DNA of 32,000 nt, taken from Bdellovibrionales bacterium (GTDB lineage: Bacteria; Bdellovibrionota; Bdellovibrionia; Bdellovibrionales; UBA1609). The notes below the pieces were generated by a model. The model saw only the letters and a program-made list of their open reading frames with translations, had not been told where the DNA came from and ran no database searches. A program made the translations under genes and the position numbers. Positions 8,582 to 16,344 of the stretch are shown here, piece by piece. The first letter of the stretch is position 1. Every line of letters starts with the position of its first letter. The DNA is taken from the NCBI GenBank assembly GCA_963692945.1, contig OY843585.1:840001-872000 (forward strand), read 5' to 3'.

Positions 8582-9312
8582 TTTGTATCTCCTTTTTGTT
8601 TTGATGTTCCAATTCTATCACTACAACCAATGGAAAAAACAGGAATATCTCCCTTACACTCATCGTCATCAAGAACTTCTTGTATCTTTCTATGCATTTC
8701 TTGATGAAGATACATAACTTTTTTCATTCCTTTTTCATTGAGAAACTCCGTCCAACAATGAACATAATTTTTATTAGAATCAGAAGGTTTGTATTGCTCA
8801 ACCAAAAACATCAAATGATTTTTTATAAGTTTAAAAGAAAGAATGGTGTCTTTACTTCGGTCTATAACTTTATAATAACCTTTCTCATTTTTTTTTATAA
8901 TTTTATTTTCTTCAAGACTTTTCAAACCATCAAGAGCTAACTCTCCAAAATGTGTTTGAACTTCTTTTTCTGTAATGCCTTTTTCAGAAAAAGATAAAAC
9001 CCAACATAAATAGGAGTATTTGTCATAAAGCAGAGTCTCAACAGATTCCTCTAAAGGATTAAAATTTCTTCTTTGTGTTGCAACTTGCATAGGTCTTAAA
9101 TCTCTAGGTATAAACTTTTCAACTTCAGGAACAAAACGACTAATTTTTAAAATAGTTTCTAAACTTGGTTCAGAATAACCATTTAAAAGCCTATTAAAAG
9201 TCGTAGAAGAGACACCAAATTCTCTTGAAAGAGAATTTTCACTTGTTGAAGGATTCTTCTTTTTTCTATCTGAAACATAATTTCTTAGGATTTCTTGAAA
9301 ATTCTCATTCAT
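8578..9312 (-). CDS. HTH transcriptional regulator, TIGR02147/DUF4423-like
   Basis: 244 aa. The N-terminus YVSDRKKKNPSTSENSLSREFGVSSTTFNRLLNG looks like an HTH. The middle region YSYLCWVLSFSEKGITEKEVQTHFG..LEENKIIKKNEKGYYKV resembles the winged-helix part of that family. Assigned from memory. Confidence 0.5.
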   Translation of the reverse strand: MNENFQEILRNYVSDRKKKNPSTSENSLSREFGVSSTTFNRLLNGYSEPSLETILKISRFVPEVEKFIPRDLRPMQVATQRRNFNPLEESVETLLYDKYSYLCWVLSFSEKGITEKEVQTHFGELALDGLKSLEENKIIKKNEKGYYKVIDRSKDTILSFKLIKNHLMFLVEQYKPSDSNKNYVHCWTEFLNEKGMKKVMYLHQEMHRKIQEVLDDDECKGDIPVFSIGCSDRIGTSKQKGDTK

Positions 9313-9431
9313 AACTTTACCTATCTATGCAAACTTGATGCTAGAATTAAATACAAAAAAACCTGTTATTTGTCAATATTTAGACAGATTTATCCGTTAA
9401 AAATGTAGAATTTACAATATTTTTAAATTTA

Positions 9432-9953
9432 CTAAGGGTGATAAGGTGGATAATGGCATTCTGTTTTTTCATCATATACAACCATTTCCCTACGAAGAGG
9501 ATGATCTTTAATTACACTTTCTTCCCTTAATTTTTTTTGAGAATCAATATTTCCAAATTTACTAAGAAGGATTTCTTTTTTGTCCTCCAATTTTATAGTC
9601 AGAATTACACTACTTTCTTCATAATAAGGAATATAGGCTGCCACATAAAATACAGGATCATGCTCAGATTTATCCTGTCTAAGCCTTAAAAAATCTTCTG
9701 CAAGTATTTTACCAGTTTTATCATAAATACGCACTTTAAAATTTTTATCAAAAATAGGTTCCTTGTTTTTCTCTTTATTGTAGCAATAGCTTGATCCTGC
9801 ATATCTAAATTCTTTTTTTAAAGGATCATATTGACTATTAATACTAATCTCTTGTAAATCCTTATCAGGATAGACAATAGGTTTTGGTGGATTTGGATTT
9901 TTTAATATACAACTGCAAGGTATAATAACCAATCCTAACAAAAATATTTTCAT
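9432..9953 (-). CDS. putative lipoprotein
   Basis: 173 aa. Signal peptide MKIFLLGLVIIPCSC carries Cys residues at the cleavage region. It lies 53 nt downstream of the metalloprotease gene on the same strand. Confidence 0.5.
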   Translation of the reverse strand: MKIFLLGLVIIPCSCILKNPNPPKPIVYPDKDLQEISINSQYDPLKKEFRYAGSSYCYNKEKNKEPIFDKNFKVRIYDKTGKILAEDFLRLRQDKSEHDPVFYVAAYIPYYEESSVILTIKLEDKKEILLSKFGNIDSQKKLREESVIKDHPLRREMVVYDEKTECHYPPYHP

Positions 9954-10006
9954 AACTTATTTAATCCCTTTCCAATAATTTTTGTCAATCTCATCTTCTT
10001 CTTTCT

Positions 10007-12865
10007 TCATCTGTTTTTTTTAGCATTGCTTTTTCTTTTAATAAGAGGAGCTTTATAAAGAATCCTTCTATTAGAATTTAAAATCCTAATACTTAAATCT
10101 TTAATTTTTGTATCTTTTGTCTCTTTTGGTAATTCAAAAGCTGCTGTGATGAGTGATATAGGAAGCACTTCTGTCTTTTCGGTTCTATCTTTATAAATTG
10201 TTCTTATTCTCATTTTGAAAGCAGGTCTTTCAATTGTTTCAAAATCATCTCCATGTCTATCAAGTTTAATAATCAAGTTAGGAATATTTTTATGTTGTCC
10301 AACTGAAAAAGAAGGTGTAGTCAAATCAGTTTTTAAAATTTCTTGTTTAGGAAGAATAATTTTATCTTTAGTTTGGTCATAAAAACCAGTTATGACAATT
10401 TTATTATTACGTACTATTGATCTACCAAATAATTCTGTTGTATTAGAAATTACAGCACCAAATCTTAAAAGAGCAGAGAATATTTTTTGAAAAGTATCTC
10501 TATCTATCCATTGATCTAAAATTCCTCCCCTATTATTCATAATACTCCATTTATTTTTTACAAAATTAAAAGAAGATCCATTATTCCAAGAATCTAAACC
10601 TCTCGCAATTTGTTGGTTATGACACAATATGGGAGTTTGACCTCTAAACTCCTGACATAATTCTGTATGTTGTTTTTGATCATATTGCTCTTTTTCTTGC
10701 CCTAAAGTATGAGCCAACTCATGAGCTATAGTTCCTTGATTTTTTTGGTCATCTGAAATAAATGTAATATTCCAACTTCCACCTAAAAAACCACTTTTAT
10801 ATCTCCAGTCTTGAAAAATAAAATATCTCCAATACTCCCAATAAGGTTGTATTACAAAACCTGCAACAGCACGTCTCTTTTTATCAACTTTATTGTGAAA
10901 AAGAAAATAATTTTCTGGAACAATAGCAACAAATTTATCCAGTTTATGAGCTTGCCTATGTTTTTCTAAAATATCAATATCCCTAAGGATACCTATAGTC
11001 TGTCCACTTCTTTTGTGATAACGATTATTATCACAAGAACCAGAAATATAATTTATAACTTTAGTAGTAACTTTATTTATGGGAAACATAGAGGGTATGT
11101 ATCTTTTAACTTCTTTTGAACCAGCAAAATCGGTTACAATTTGCAGGGAGGAATAACCATAGCTTGTGCATCTTTTACCTCCGTATATTCTTGTAAACCC
11201 TAGTTTTAAATCTGGGGTTTTTATAATTTTTACTCTAAAAGACTTTTGAATAAAACAACTTGTATTTTTATCATAGTTTATGGGAAGAAGAGTAACTATG
11301 ATGTTTAAATTCATTTCTCCATTGTTTAAAATATTTTCTCTCATAGGAAGAGGAATAAATTTAAATTTACCTTCTTTTCTCAGACTTCTGTTATTAAATA
11401 GACAACGATTGATTTGAGAAATTTCCATTTGTCCGTTAAAAGGTTCATGAAAACATCTATTTTGAAAATTATTAATTCCAGGTATCTTTAACCCTACTAT
11501 AAACAATTCATTTTTATCCATACCTTTCCTATCCAATTTGATTAAAACTCCAGCTGGTTTGCCTTGAACTAAGTCATAGTTATTATAAGGTAAAGCTGGC
11601 TGTTGATTCATAGGTTCTATTTGAGGAGCTTCTACGGATTGATAAACCACAACAGATTCTATTTTTGGCACATTGATAGGGCATTTTTGTGAATTGCTTG
11701 ACTGAGCAAGTTTTAAATTATTTGTATTTCCAGCTACATTTCCAGTAGAAGTGGATGTTTTAGACTGAGTGGATGATTTGCTTGATTCTTTTAAATTTTT
11801 ATCTGGCTTTTGAGAAGATTTACTAGGCTTATCTAAAAGAGCTTTAGTTCCTAAAACTCCTGCTCCAGCCAAAGCACCTGCTCCTAAAAGAGCAGACGAA
11901 CTGGAACTCTTTTTAGAACTAGCAGATTTTGGATTTTGATTCTCAGCTAGATTAGCGATTTGAGCAGGGATATTTGTTTCCGCTTGTCTTGTAGCAGCTT
12001 GTTGTTGCTCTTTAAACTTTCGTTTTCGCTCTTCAAACTTTTGTTGGGCTTTCTCCAACACTTTTTGTGCTTCTTTAGCTCTTTTAGCCTCTTCAGCTTT
12101 TTGTGTCTCTTCAACTCTTTGATTCTCTACTTGCTGTTCGCTTTTGGCTCTTTCACAAATTTGAAAAGACAAACGGTTTAAACCTTGTGTGGTTTTTGAT
12201 TTTTCAATTTCTTTACATTGGACAATATCTTTTGGTTCAATGTCTTTTTTAAAAAGAGACACTTTGTCTAAACTTTGTTCTTTGTATTTTTTGGAAACCT
12301 CTTTCATCTCTTTCCAACAATCTGAGTTGCTTGTTGTTTTTTGAGATTCTTTTAAAACAGAATCTATAGTATGAGGAAATCTAATATTAAAACATTTTTT
12401 AAAATTTGTTTTAAAGTTTAACAATTCCTGATTACAATCTGTCTCACAATTTTCTATCCCTAACTCACATAAATTGGATTGTGTATTGAATAAAAAACTT
12501 GAAAGCTTTGATAAATTATTAGACTGACAACTGCCCCCTGATTGTTGAACTAAACCAAGACTATCTTTTTCAACAGATTGAACGAAGGTTTCTGCATAAG
12601 AGTCATTACAACTTGTAGGATTAGCACAACAATTTTTATAAATATTAAGTCGCTTCTCACATATATTGTAAATACTCTCACTATTATCTTTATCTAAAAG
12701 ATTGTTTTTTAAATGATTCAAACATTCCTTATCTACTGTGCAACGATAGGAATTATCAATTTTTTTAGCAGGTTCTTCCCAGACATCTGGAGGAGACTCG
12801 TCAAATGATGTAGCTATTGAGTTGCCTACAAAGAGAATAAAGATTTTTAATAAGATAAGTTTCAC
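10007..12865 (-). CDS. large secreted Cys-rich protein with C-terminal HEXXH zinc-metalloprotease domain
   Basis: 952 aa with a GTG start. Signal peptide MKLILLKIFILFVGNSIA. The N-terminal ~240 aa hold many Cys. Then come a K/E/Q coiled-coil, a Ser-rich linker and a Gly/Ala hydrophobic segment, ALLGAGALAGAGVLG. HELAH lies in IAHELAHTLGQ (nt 10709-10723). A paralogue lies at 28434-32000. Confidence 0.7.
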   Translation of the reverse strand: MKLILLKIFILFVGNSIATSFDESPPDVWEEPAKKIDNSYRCTVDKECLNHLKNNLLDKDNSESIYNICEKRLNIYKNCCANPTSCNDSYAETFVQSVEKDSLGLVQQSGGSCQSNNLSKLSSFLFNTQSNLCELGIENCETDCNQELLNFKTNFKKCFNIRFPHTIDSVLKESQKTTSNSDCWKEMKEVSKKYKEQSLDKVSLFKKDIEPKDIVQCKEIEKSKTTQGLNRLSFQICERAKSEQQVENQRVEETQKAEEAKRAKEAQKVLEKAQQKFEERKRKFKEQQQAATRQAETNIPAQIANLAENQNPKSASSKKSSSSSALLGAGALAGAGVLGTKALLDKPSKSSQKPDKNLKESSKSSTQSKTSTSTGNVAGNTNNLKLAQSSNSQKCPINVPKIESVVVYQSVEAPQIEPMNQQPALPYNNYDLVQGKPAGVLIKLDRKGMDKNELFIVGLKIPGINNFQNRCFHEPFNGQMEISQINRCLFNNRSLRKEGKFKFIPLPMRENILNNGEMNLNIIVTLLPINYDKNTSCFIQKSFRVKIIKTPDLKLGFTRIYGGKRCTSYGYSSLQIVTDFAGSKEVKRYIPSMFPINKVTTKVINYISGSCDNNRYHKRSGQTIGILRDIDILEKHRQAHKLDKFVAIVPENYFLFHNKVDKKRRAVAGFVIQPYWEYWRYFIFQDWRYKSGFLGGSWNITFISDDQKNQGTIAHELAHTLGQEKEQYDQKQHTELCQEFRGQTPILCHNQQIARGLDSWNNGSSFNFVKNKWSIMNNRGGILDQWIDRDTFQKIFSALLRFGAVISNTTELFGRSIVRNNKIVITGFYDQTKDKIILPKQEILKTDLTTPSFSVGQHKNIPNLIIKLDRHGDDFETIERPAFKMRIRTIYKDRTEKTEVLPISLITAAFELPKETKDTKIKDLSIRILNSNRRILYKAPLIKRKSNAKKNR

Positions 12866-13283
12866 ATCTAATTATCGGTGTATTTTCTAAAAAGCTAAAG
12901 GGTATTTATGATGAATGTTCTGATTTTTAAATATCAATCTTTAAACTGTATTAAATAGAGACATAAGTGTTAAAAGATTGAACAGTATGAAAGGGTTTTA
13001 ATGGAGATGGTAAATTCCTTTATAACCTCTCTTCATTAAAGTCCAAATAATTCCCCATTCCATTAGTGGTTATTGTATCAAAAGAACATACTTATGCAAA
13101 GCATCAATCACAAAATATTGTGGAGGGTAATGTTTGGATATTTATAAGTATGTTTATTATTCTTAAAAGATCAAACTGTTAGTCTAGAGTAATCTTTACT
13201 ATACAAGATTTCATTTTGCTCAATGAACTTCTTTGTAATATCATTTCATATGATACATTCAAAATTATAAATATAAGAATCTT

Positions 13284-14339
13284 ATGGTAAAAAATACATT
13301 TATAGATTTATTTTCTGGCATTGGAGGCTTTAGATTAGGTTTAGAAAAAGCTGGATTTAGATGTGTGTTTTCATCTGAAATAGATAAACATTGTAGAATA
13401 GCGTATAAAAATAATTTTGGGGAAACTCCTGCAGGAGATATAACAAAGATTCCTTTAACTGATATTCCTGACCATGAAATATTGGCTGGCGGATTCCCAT
13501 GTCAATCTTTTAGTATTTGTGGAAAAAGAAAAGGATTTGCAGATAAAAGAGGGGATTTATTTTTTCGTATTTGTGAAATCATTAAATTTAAACAACCTAA
13601 AGTAATTTTTTTAGAAAATGTGAAATACCTAATGTATCACAATGGAGGAGCAACTTTAGATTTGATGCTATCATCATTAAATGATTTAGGCTACCACATA
13701 AACTTTAAAATTTTAAATTCACTTCACTTTGGAGTACCTCAAAACAGAGAGAGAATTATTATCATAGGAGCAAAAAAAGGTTACTTTAATTTCAACTATC
13801 TAGAATATAAATTAGACTTTAATATTAAGCTTCTTGATTTTTTAGATAAAAAGGGAACTTTTGAGTATCTGAAAAAAAAGGAATACACTTTAATAAAAAG
13901 CCCCACCCGAAAAAAAGACTCAGGGTTGTTTTTTGTCGGTTATAGAAATAAAGGCATATGGAAAAAAGGTATCAGACCAAATACAAAACATCTTTCCAGA
14001 GTTCACAGACAACCAAATAGAATTTACTCTGCTCTTGGAACTCATCCAACAATACCCTCTCAAGAACCATCTGGTAGATTTTTTGTCTATATACATGAAG
14101 AACAAAAAGTGAGAAAATTAACAATAAAAGAATGTTACCGTATCATGGGATTTCCAGACAATTTCAAAATATATGAAAAAAAACAGGAAGCCTATAAACA
14201 AGTAGGAAACTCTATATGTGCCCCTATGGTCTATAGAATAGCAAAACAAATCAAATCTCAAGGACTATTAAAGGGGAGGGTGTATGAAAAATCACAAACA
14301 ACTATTAGAAACAGTATTCAGCAAAGCTTCAACTTATGA
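13284..14339 (+). CDS. DNA (cytosine-5)-methyltransferase, M.HhaI-like
   Basis: 351 aa carrying the canonical m5C motifs: I FSGIGG, IV GFPCQSFS (Cys codon 13500-13502), VI FLENV, VIII QNRER, IX RKLTIKECYRIMGFP and X QVGNSI. The N-terminal half aligns closely with my memory of M.HhaI, but the target-recognition region differs. Confidence 0.9.
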   Translation: MVKNTFIDLFSGIGGFRLGLEKAGFRCVFSSEIDKHCRIAYKNNFGETPAGDITKIPLTDIPDHEILAGGFPCQSFSICGKRKGFADKRGDLFFRICEIIKFKQPKVIFLENVKYLMYHNGGATLDLMLSSLNDLGYHINFKILNSLHFGVPQNRERIIIIGAKKGYFNFNYLEYKLDFNIKLLDFLDKKGTFEYLKKKEYTLIKSPTRKKDSGLFFVGYRNKGIWKKGIRPNTKHLSRVHRQPNRIYSALGTHPTIPSQEPSGRFFVYIHEEQKVRKLTIKECYRIMGFPDNFKIYEKKQEAYKQVGNSICAPMVYRIAKQIKSQGLLKGRVYEKSQTTIRNSIQQSFNL

Positions 14340-15384
14340 TACTTTCTCTATTCCTGAAACAATTAAAAACAATTTAATCTTAATAGCTGACAACTCAAAA
14401 AAACAAAAGGGTGTATTTACTGTTTTAACTACATTGCTTATTCATAAAATATATGACCCTAATCAAGACATTAGAAAACACCAATCCGATATGAACAATG
14501 GATTTTCTGGCAGGAGTATAGACACACAATATATTACACCAACTCTTAAAAAATTGAACCTTCCTGCCATGGCAGAAAGTGGCTGGTTAACACGCTCTCT
14601 TGAACAACCCTATCCCTATGATTTAAAATACCGAGGAAAAATCCAAAATCAAAAAGTTAAAAAAGCTTTCTTAGAGATAATTGACTATATTCAGAATAAT
14701 CCCAAAAAAACAGAAGAATGTTCCATTTTTTTAATTTATTTAGCACAGAAAATTATAAAAAATAAAATCAATATAACAAAATTAAAAAATAAAGAAAGTA
14801 TAGATATTGAAAAAATCATTTCCTTTTTAGATAAATGTTTTAATTATCCATACAAAGAGCGTGGTGGTTCAAAAATACCAGTGATAGCAATTTACAGTAT
14901 TTTCATGATTCTAGTAAAAGAATTAGAACGTTACAAAGGTTGTAAATTAAAGCCACTTGGAAGTCACACAGCATCCGACAGAACTTCTAAAACTTCTGGT
15001 GACATTGAAATAGTAAATATACGCAATTCCCTTGAAGAATCTATTGAAATAAAATTTGGCAAGACAATAGATCCTCATTTAATCAGAAATATAAAAAATA
15101 AAATATATACATATAACCCAAAAAGATACTGTATATTCTCAACTAAACCTATAAGAAATAAAAATGAAGTTTTTCAAATTGTATCAAAAATAAAAAAAGA
15201 ACACGGATGTTATTTAATTCTCAATGGCATCCTTCCTACACTTAAATATTATTTGAGATTAATTTCATCTAAAAAAGCTTTTTTAAATAATTTCTTTACA
15301 ATGATTATGGATGACTCTGAGCTACAATCCATACATAAACAAGTTATTAAACAATTAAAAGAACAATTCTTTAAAGAAGAATAG
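14284..15384 (+). CDS. putative type II restriction endonuclease
   Basis: 366 aa. The strong SD GGGGAGGG sits inside the methylase 3' end, and the two genes overlap by 56 nt. A candidate PD-(D/E)xK motif reads GD(15001)IEIV...E(15046)-I-K(15052). No family was recognised; the call rests on context plus that motif. Confidence 0.5.
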   Translation: MKNHKQLLETVFSKASTYDTFSIPETIKNNLILIADNSKKQKGVFTVLTTLLIHKIYDPNQDIRKHQSDMNNGFSGRSIDTQYITPTLKKLNLPAMAESGWLTRSLEQPYPYDLKYRGKIQNQKVKKAFLEIIDYIQNNPKKTEECSIFLIYLAQKIIKNKINITKLKNKESIDIEKIISFLDKCFNYPYKERGGSKIPVIAIYSIFMILVKELERYKGCKLKPLGSHTASDRTSKTSGDIEIVNIRNSLEESIEIKFGKTIDPHLIRNIKNKIYTYNPKRYCIFSTKPIRNKNEVFQIVSKIKKEHGCYLILNGILPTLKYYLRLISSKKAFLNNFFTMIMDDSELQSIHKQVIKQLKEQFFKEE

Positions 15385-15416
15385 ATACTTGTTTTAGAAA
15401 TCATTTTATTAATCTG

Positions 15417-15899
15417 CTAAATCTTCCTTTTAATTTGAAGATTATTGGTATCTCTACTCTCTAAAAGGTTTTCTAAATCATATATCCAATAGTAAGTTGA
15501 ACCATCATCAAAACTCATAATCTCTTCATCTTCTTCTAAACTAGAAATATATTCATCTTGAGCTAAATCCCAATCACAAGGACTTATTTCTTTTAAAACC
15601 TCTAGAGTGTTGAGTTTAAGCCAACCCACTTGCACTTCATCTTGATAACAATCTTCTATCATACTTTCAAAAACTTCTTTTTCATCTATAGGTTTAAGTT
15701 CTTTTTTGAGAATCTCATCAATAACCCATTCTGTACCATATTCAACGCCTACACCTTCCAGCAATCTCATATTGTCATCACTTCCACAATGAAGACAAAA
15801 AGCATCTTTAACTTCTTCATAGCAAGGGTAACAAAAAGGCTTTGATAGCTTAAAAGCTAAACCTGTTAACTGTTTTAAAATGATTTCTTTTTTATTCAT
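15417..15899 (-). CDS. highly acidic zinc-ribbon protein, function unknown
   Basis: 160 aa. SD GGAGGAAC precedes the ATG. The zinc ribbon is CxxC-x9-CxxC (CYPCYEEVKDAFCLHC), and the rest is D/E-rich (..LEEDEEIMSFDDGSTYYWIYDLE..). It is convergent with the R-M pair. Confidence 0.6.
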   Translation of the reverse strand: MNKKEIILKQLTGLAFKLSKPFCYPCYEEVKDAFCLHCGSDDNMRLLEGVGVEYGTEWVIDEILKKELKPIDEKEVFESMIEDCYQDEVQVGWLKLNTLEVLKEISPCDWDLAQDEYISSLEEDEEIMSFDDGSTYYWIYDLENLLESRDTNNLQIKRKI

Positions 15900-15977
15900 A
15901 GTGTTCCTCCTTTTGATAATGAACTTGTTTTTCTGTCATTTACCAAAAACGAAGAGAATGCTTTGCAAGATTAAAAT

Positions 15978-16011
15978 TGGGGGAAACCAAAGCGAAGCGA
16001 ATGGGGGAACC
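15978..16011 (-). promoter_or_regulatory. paired G5/C5 motif in the putative leader of the acidic zinc-ribbon gene
   Basis: tgggggaaacc (15978-15988) and tgggggaacc (16002-16011) flank agcga-agcga (15991-16000). On the minus strand each reads GGUU(U)CCCCC, complementary in 7 of 8 positions to the gene's SD GGAGGAAC. Confidence 0.25.
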
Positions 16012-16090
16012 GATTTTGATCTTGAGGACAACTTTTTCAATCCTTTAAAAAATAAAGATAAAAATTGTTCGTCAAAGTAAATGAACGAAA

Positions 16091-16171
16091 TTTTAATGAC
16101 AAGATACAAAAACAAGTTCTAAAAGGGAGTTATAAACATAAAAAAAGTTCTCTAAAATAGAGAACTTTTTT
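16091..16171. repeat. direct repeat DR-L (~81 nt), partner at 16544-16627
   Basis: The first 34 nt, ttttaatgacaagatacaaaaacaagttctaaaa, match DR-R with 1 mismatch. The remainder is similar and ends in a hairpin. Confidence 0.85.
16141..16171. terminator. bidirectional terminator-like hairpin (A6-stem-T6)
   Basis: aaaaaa gttctcta aaa tagagaac tttttt: a perfect 8-bp stem. No annotated gene ends here. Confidence 0.45.
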
Positions 16172-16199
16172 GAAGGTTAGTTACAGAATGTTTCTACCA

Positions 16200-16260
16200 T
16201 TTATGGCGTGATTTTGGCGTGATTTTCTAGTTATGAGAGGTTATGAGCAGTTACTAGCAG
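16200..16260. repeat. iteron-like tandem repeats (2 x 11 nt, then 3 x 10 nt)
   Basis: ggcgtgatttt occurs twice (16205-16226). ttatgagagg / ttatgagcag / ttactagcag follow at 16231-16260. The first 27 nt recur at 19337-19363. Confidence 0.8.
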
Positions 16261-16319
16261 GATGAAAAGTGTTTTGGTTACTTGATTTTTTACTTATTTT
16301 AACTCTTTAAAATCACTTT

Positions 16320-16341
16320 TTCTAACCCTCCGTGGGCACCA
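16320..16341 (+). other. tRNA 3'-end-like fragment (T-loop-like, C-rich arm, ..GGCACCA); candidate att core
   Basis: ttctaaccctccgtgggcacca compares with the tRNA-Leu(CAA) 3' end ttcgagtctcccccgaggcacca. They share ggcaccattt exactly and about 14 of 23 positions overall. No 5' half is present, so this is not a tRNA gene. Confidence 0.35.
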
Positions 16342-16344
16342 TTT

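Noticed and set aside
13872-13879. A8 tract in the methyltransferase gene (and A7 tracts in the endonuclease gene) as phase-variation switches
   Set aside because: Short A/T homopolymers are abundant everywhere in this AT-rich sequence, and 7-8 nt is below typical phase-variable tract lengths. There is no supporting evidence.
15880-16080. 66-aa plus-strand ORF in the gene-free block
   Set aside because: It starts inside the 5' end of the opposite-strand zinc-ribbon gene and has no SD. Its composition is odd: a poly-hydrophobic stretch followed by the G-rich repeat region. The region is better explained as the leader or promoter of the 15899 gene.
16261-16341. Complete tRNA or tmRNA gene ending at the ..GGCACCA
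   Set aside because: I could not build the 5' acceptor strand, D arm or T-stem 5' half from the upstream sequence, and no tag-peptide reading frame is evident. Only a 3' fragment is tenable.
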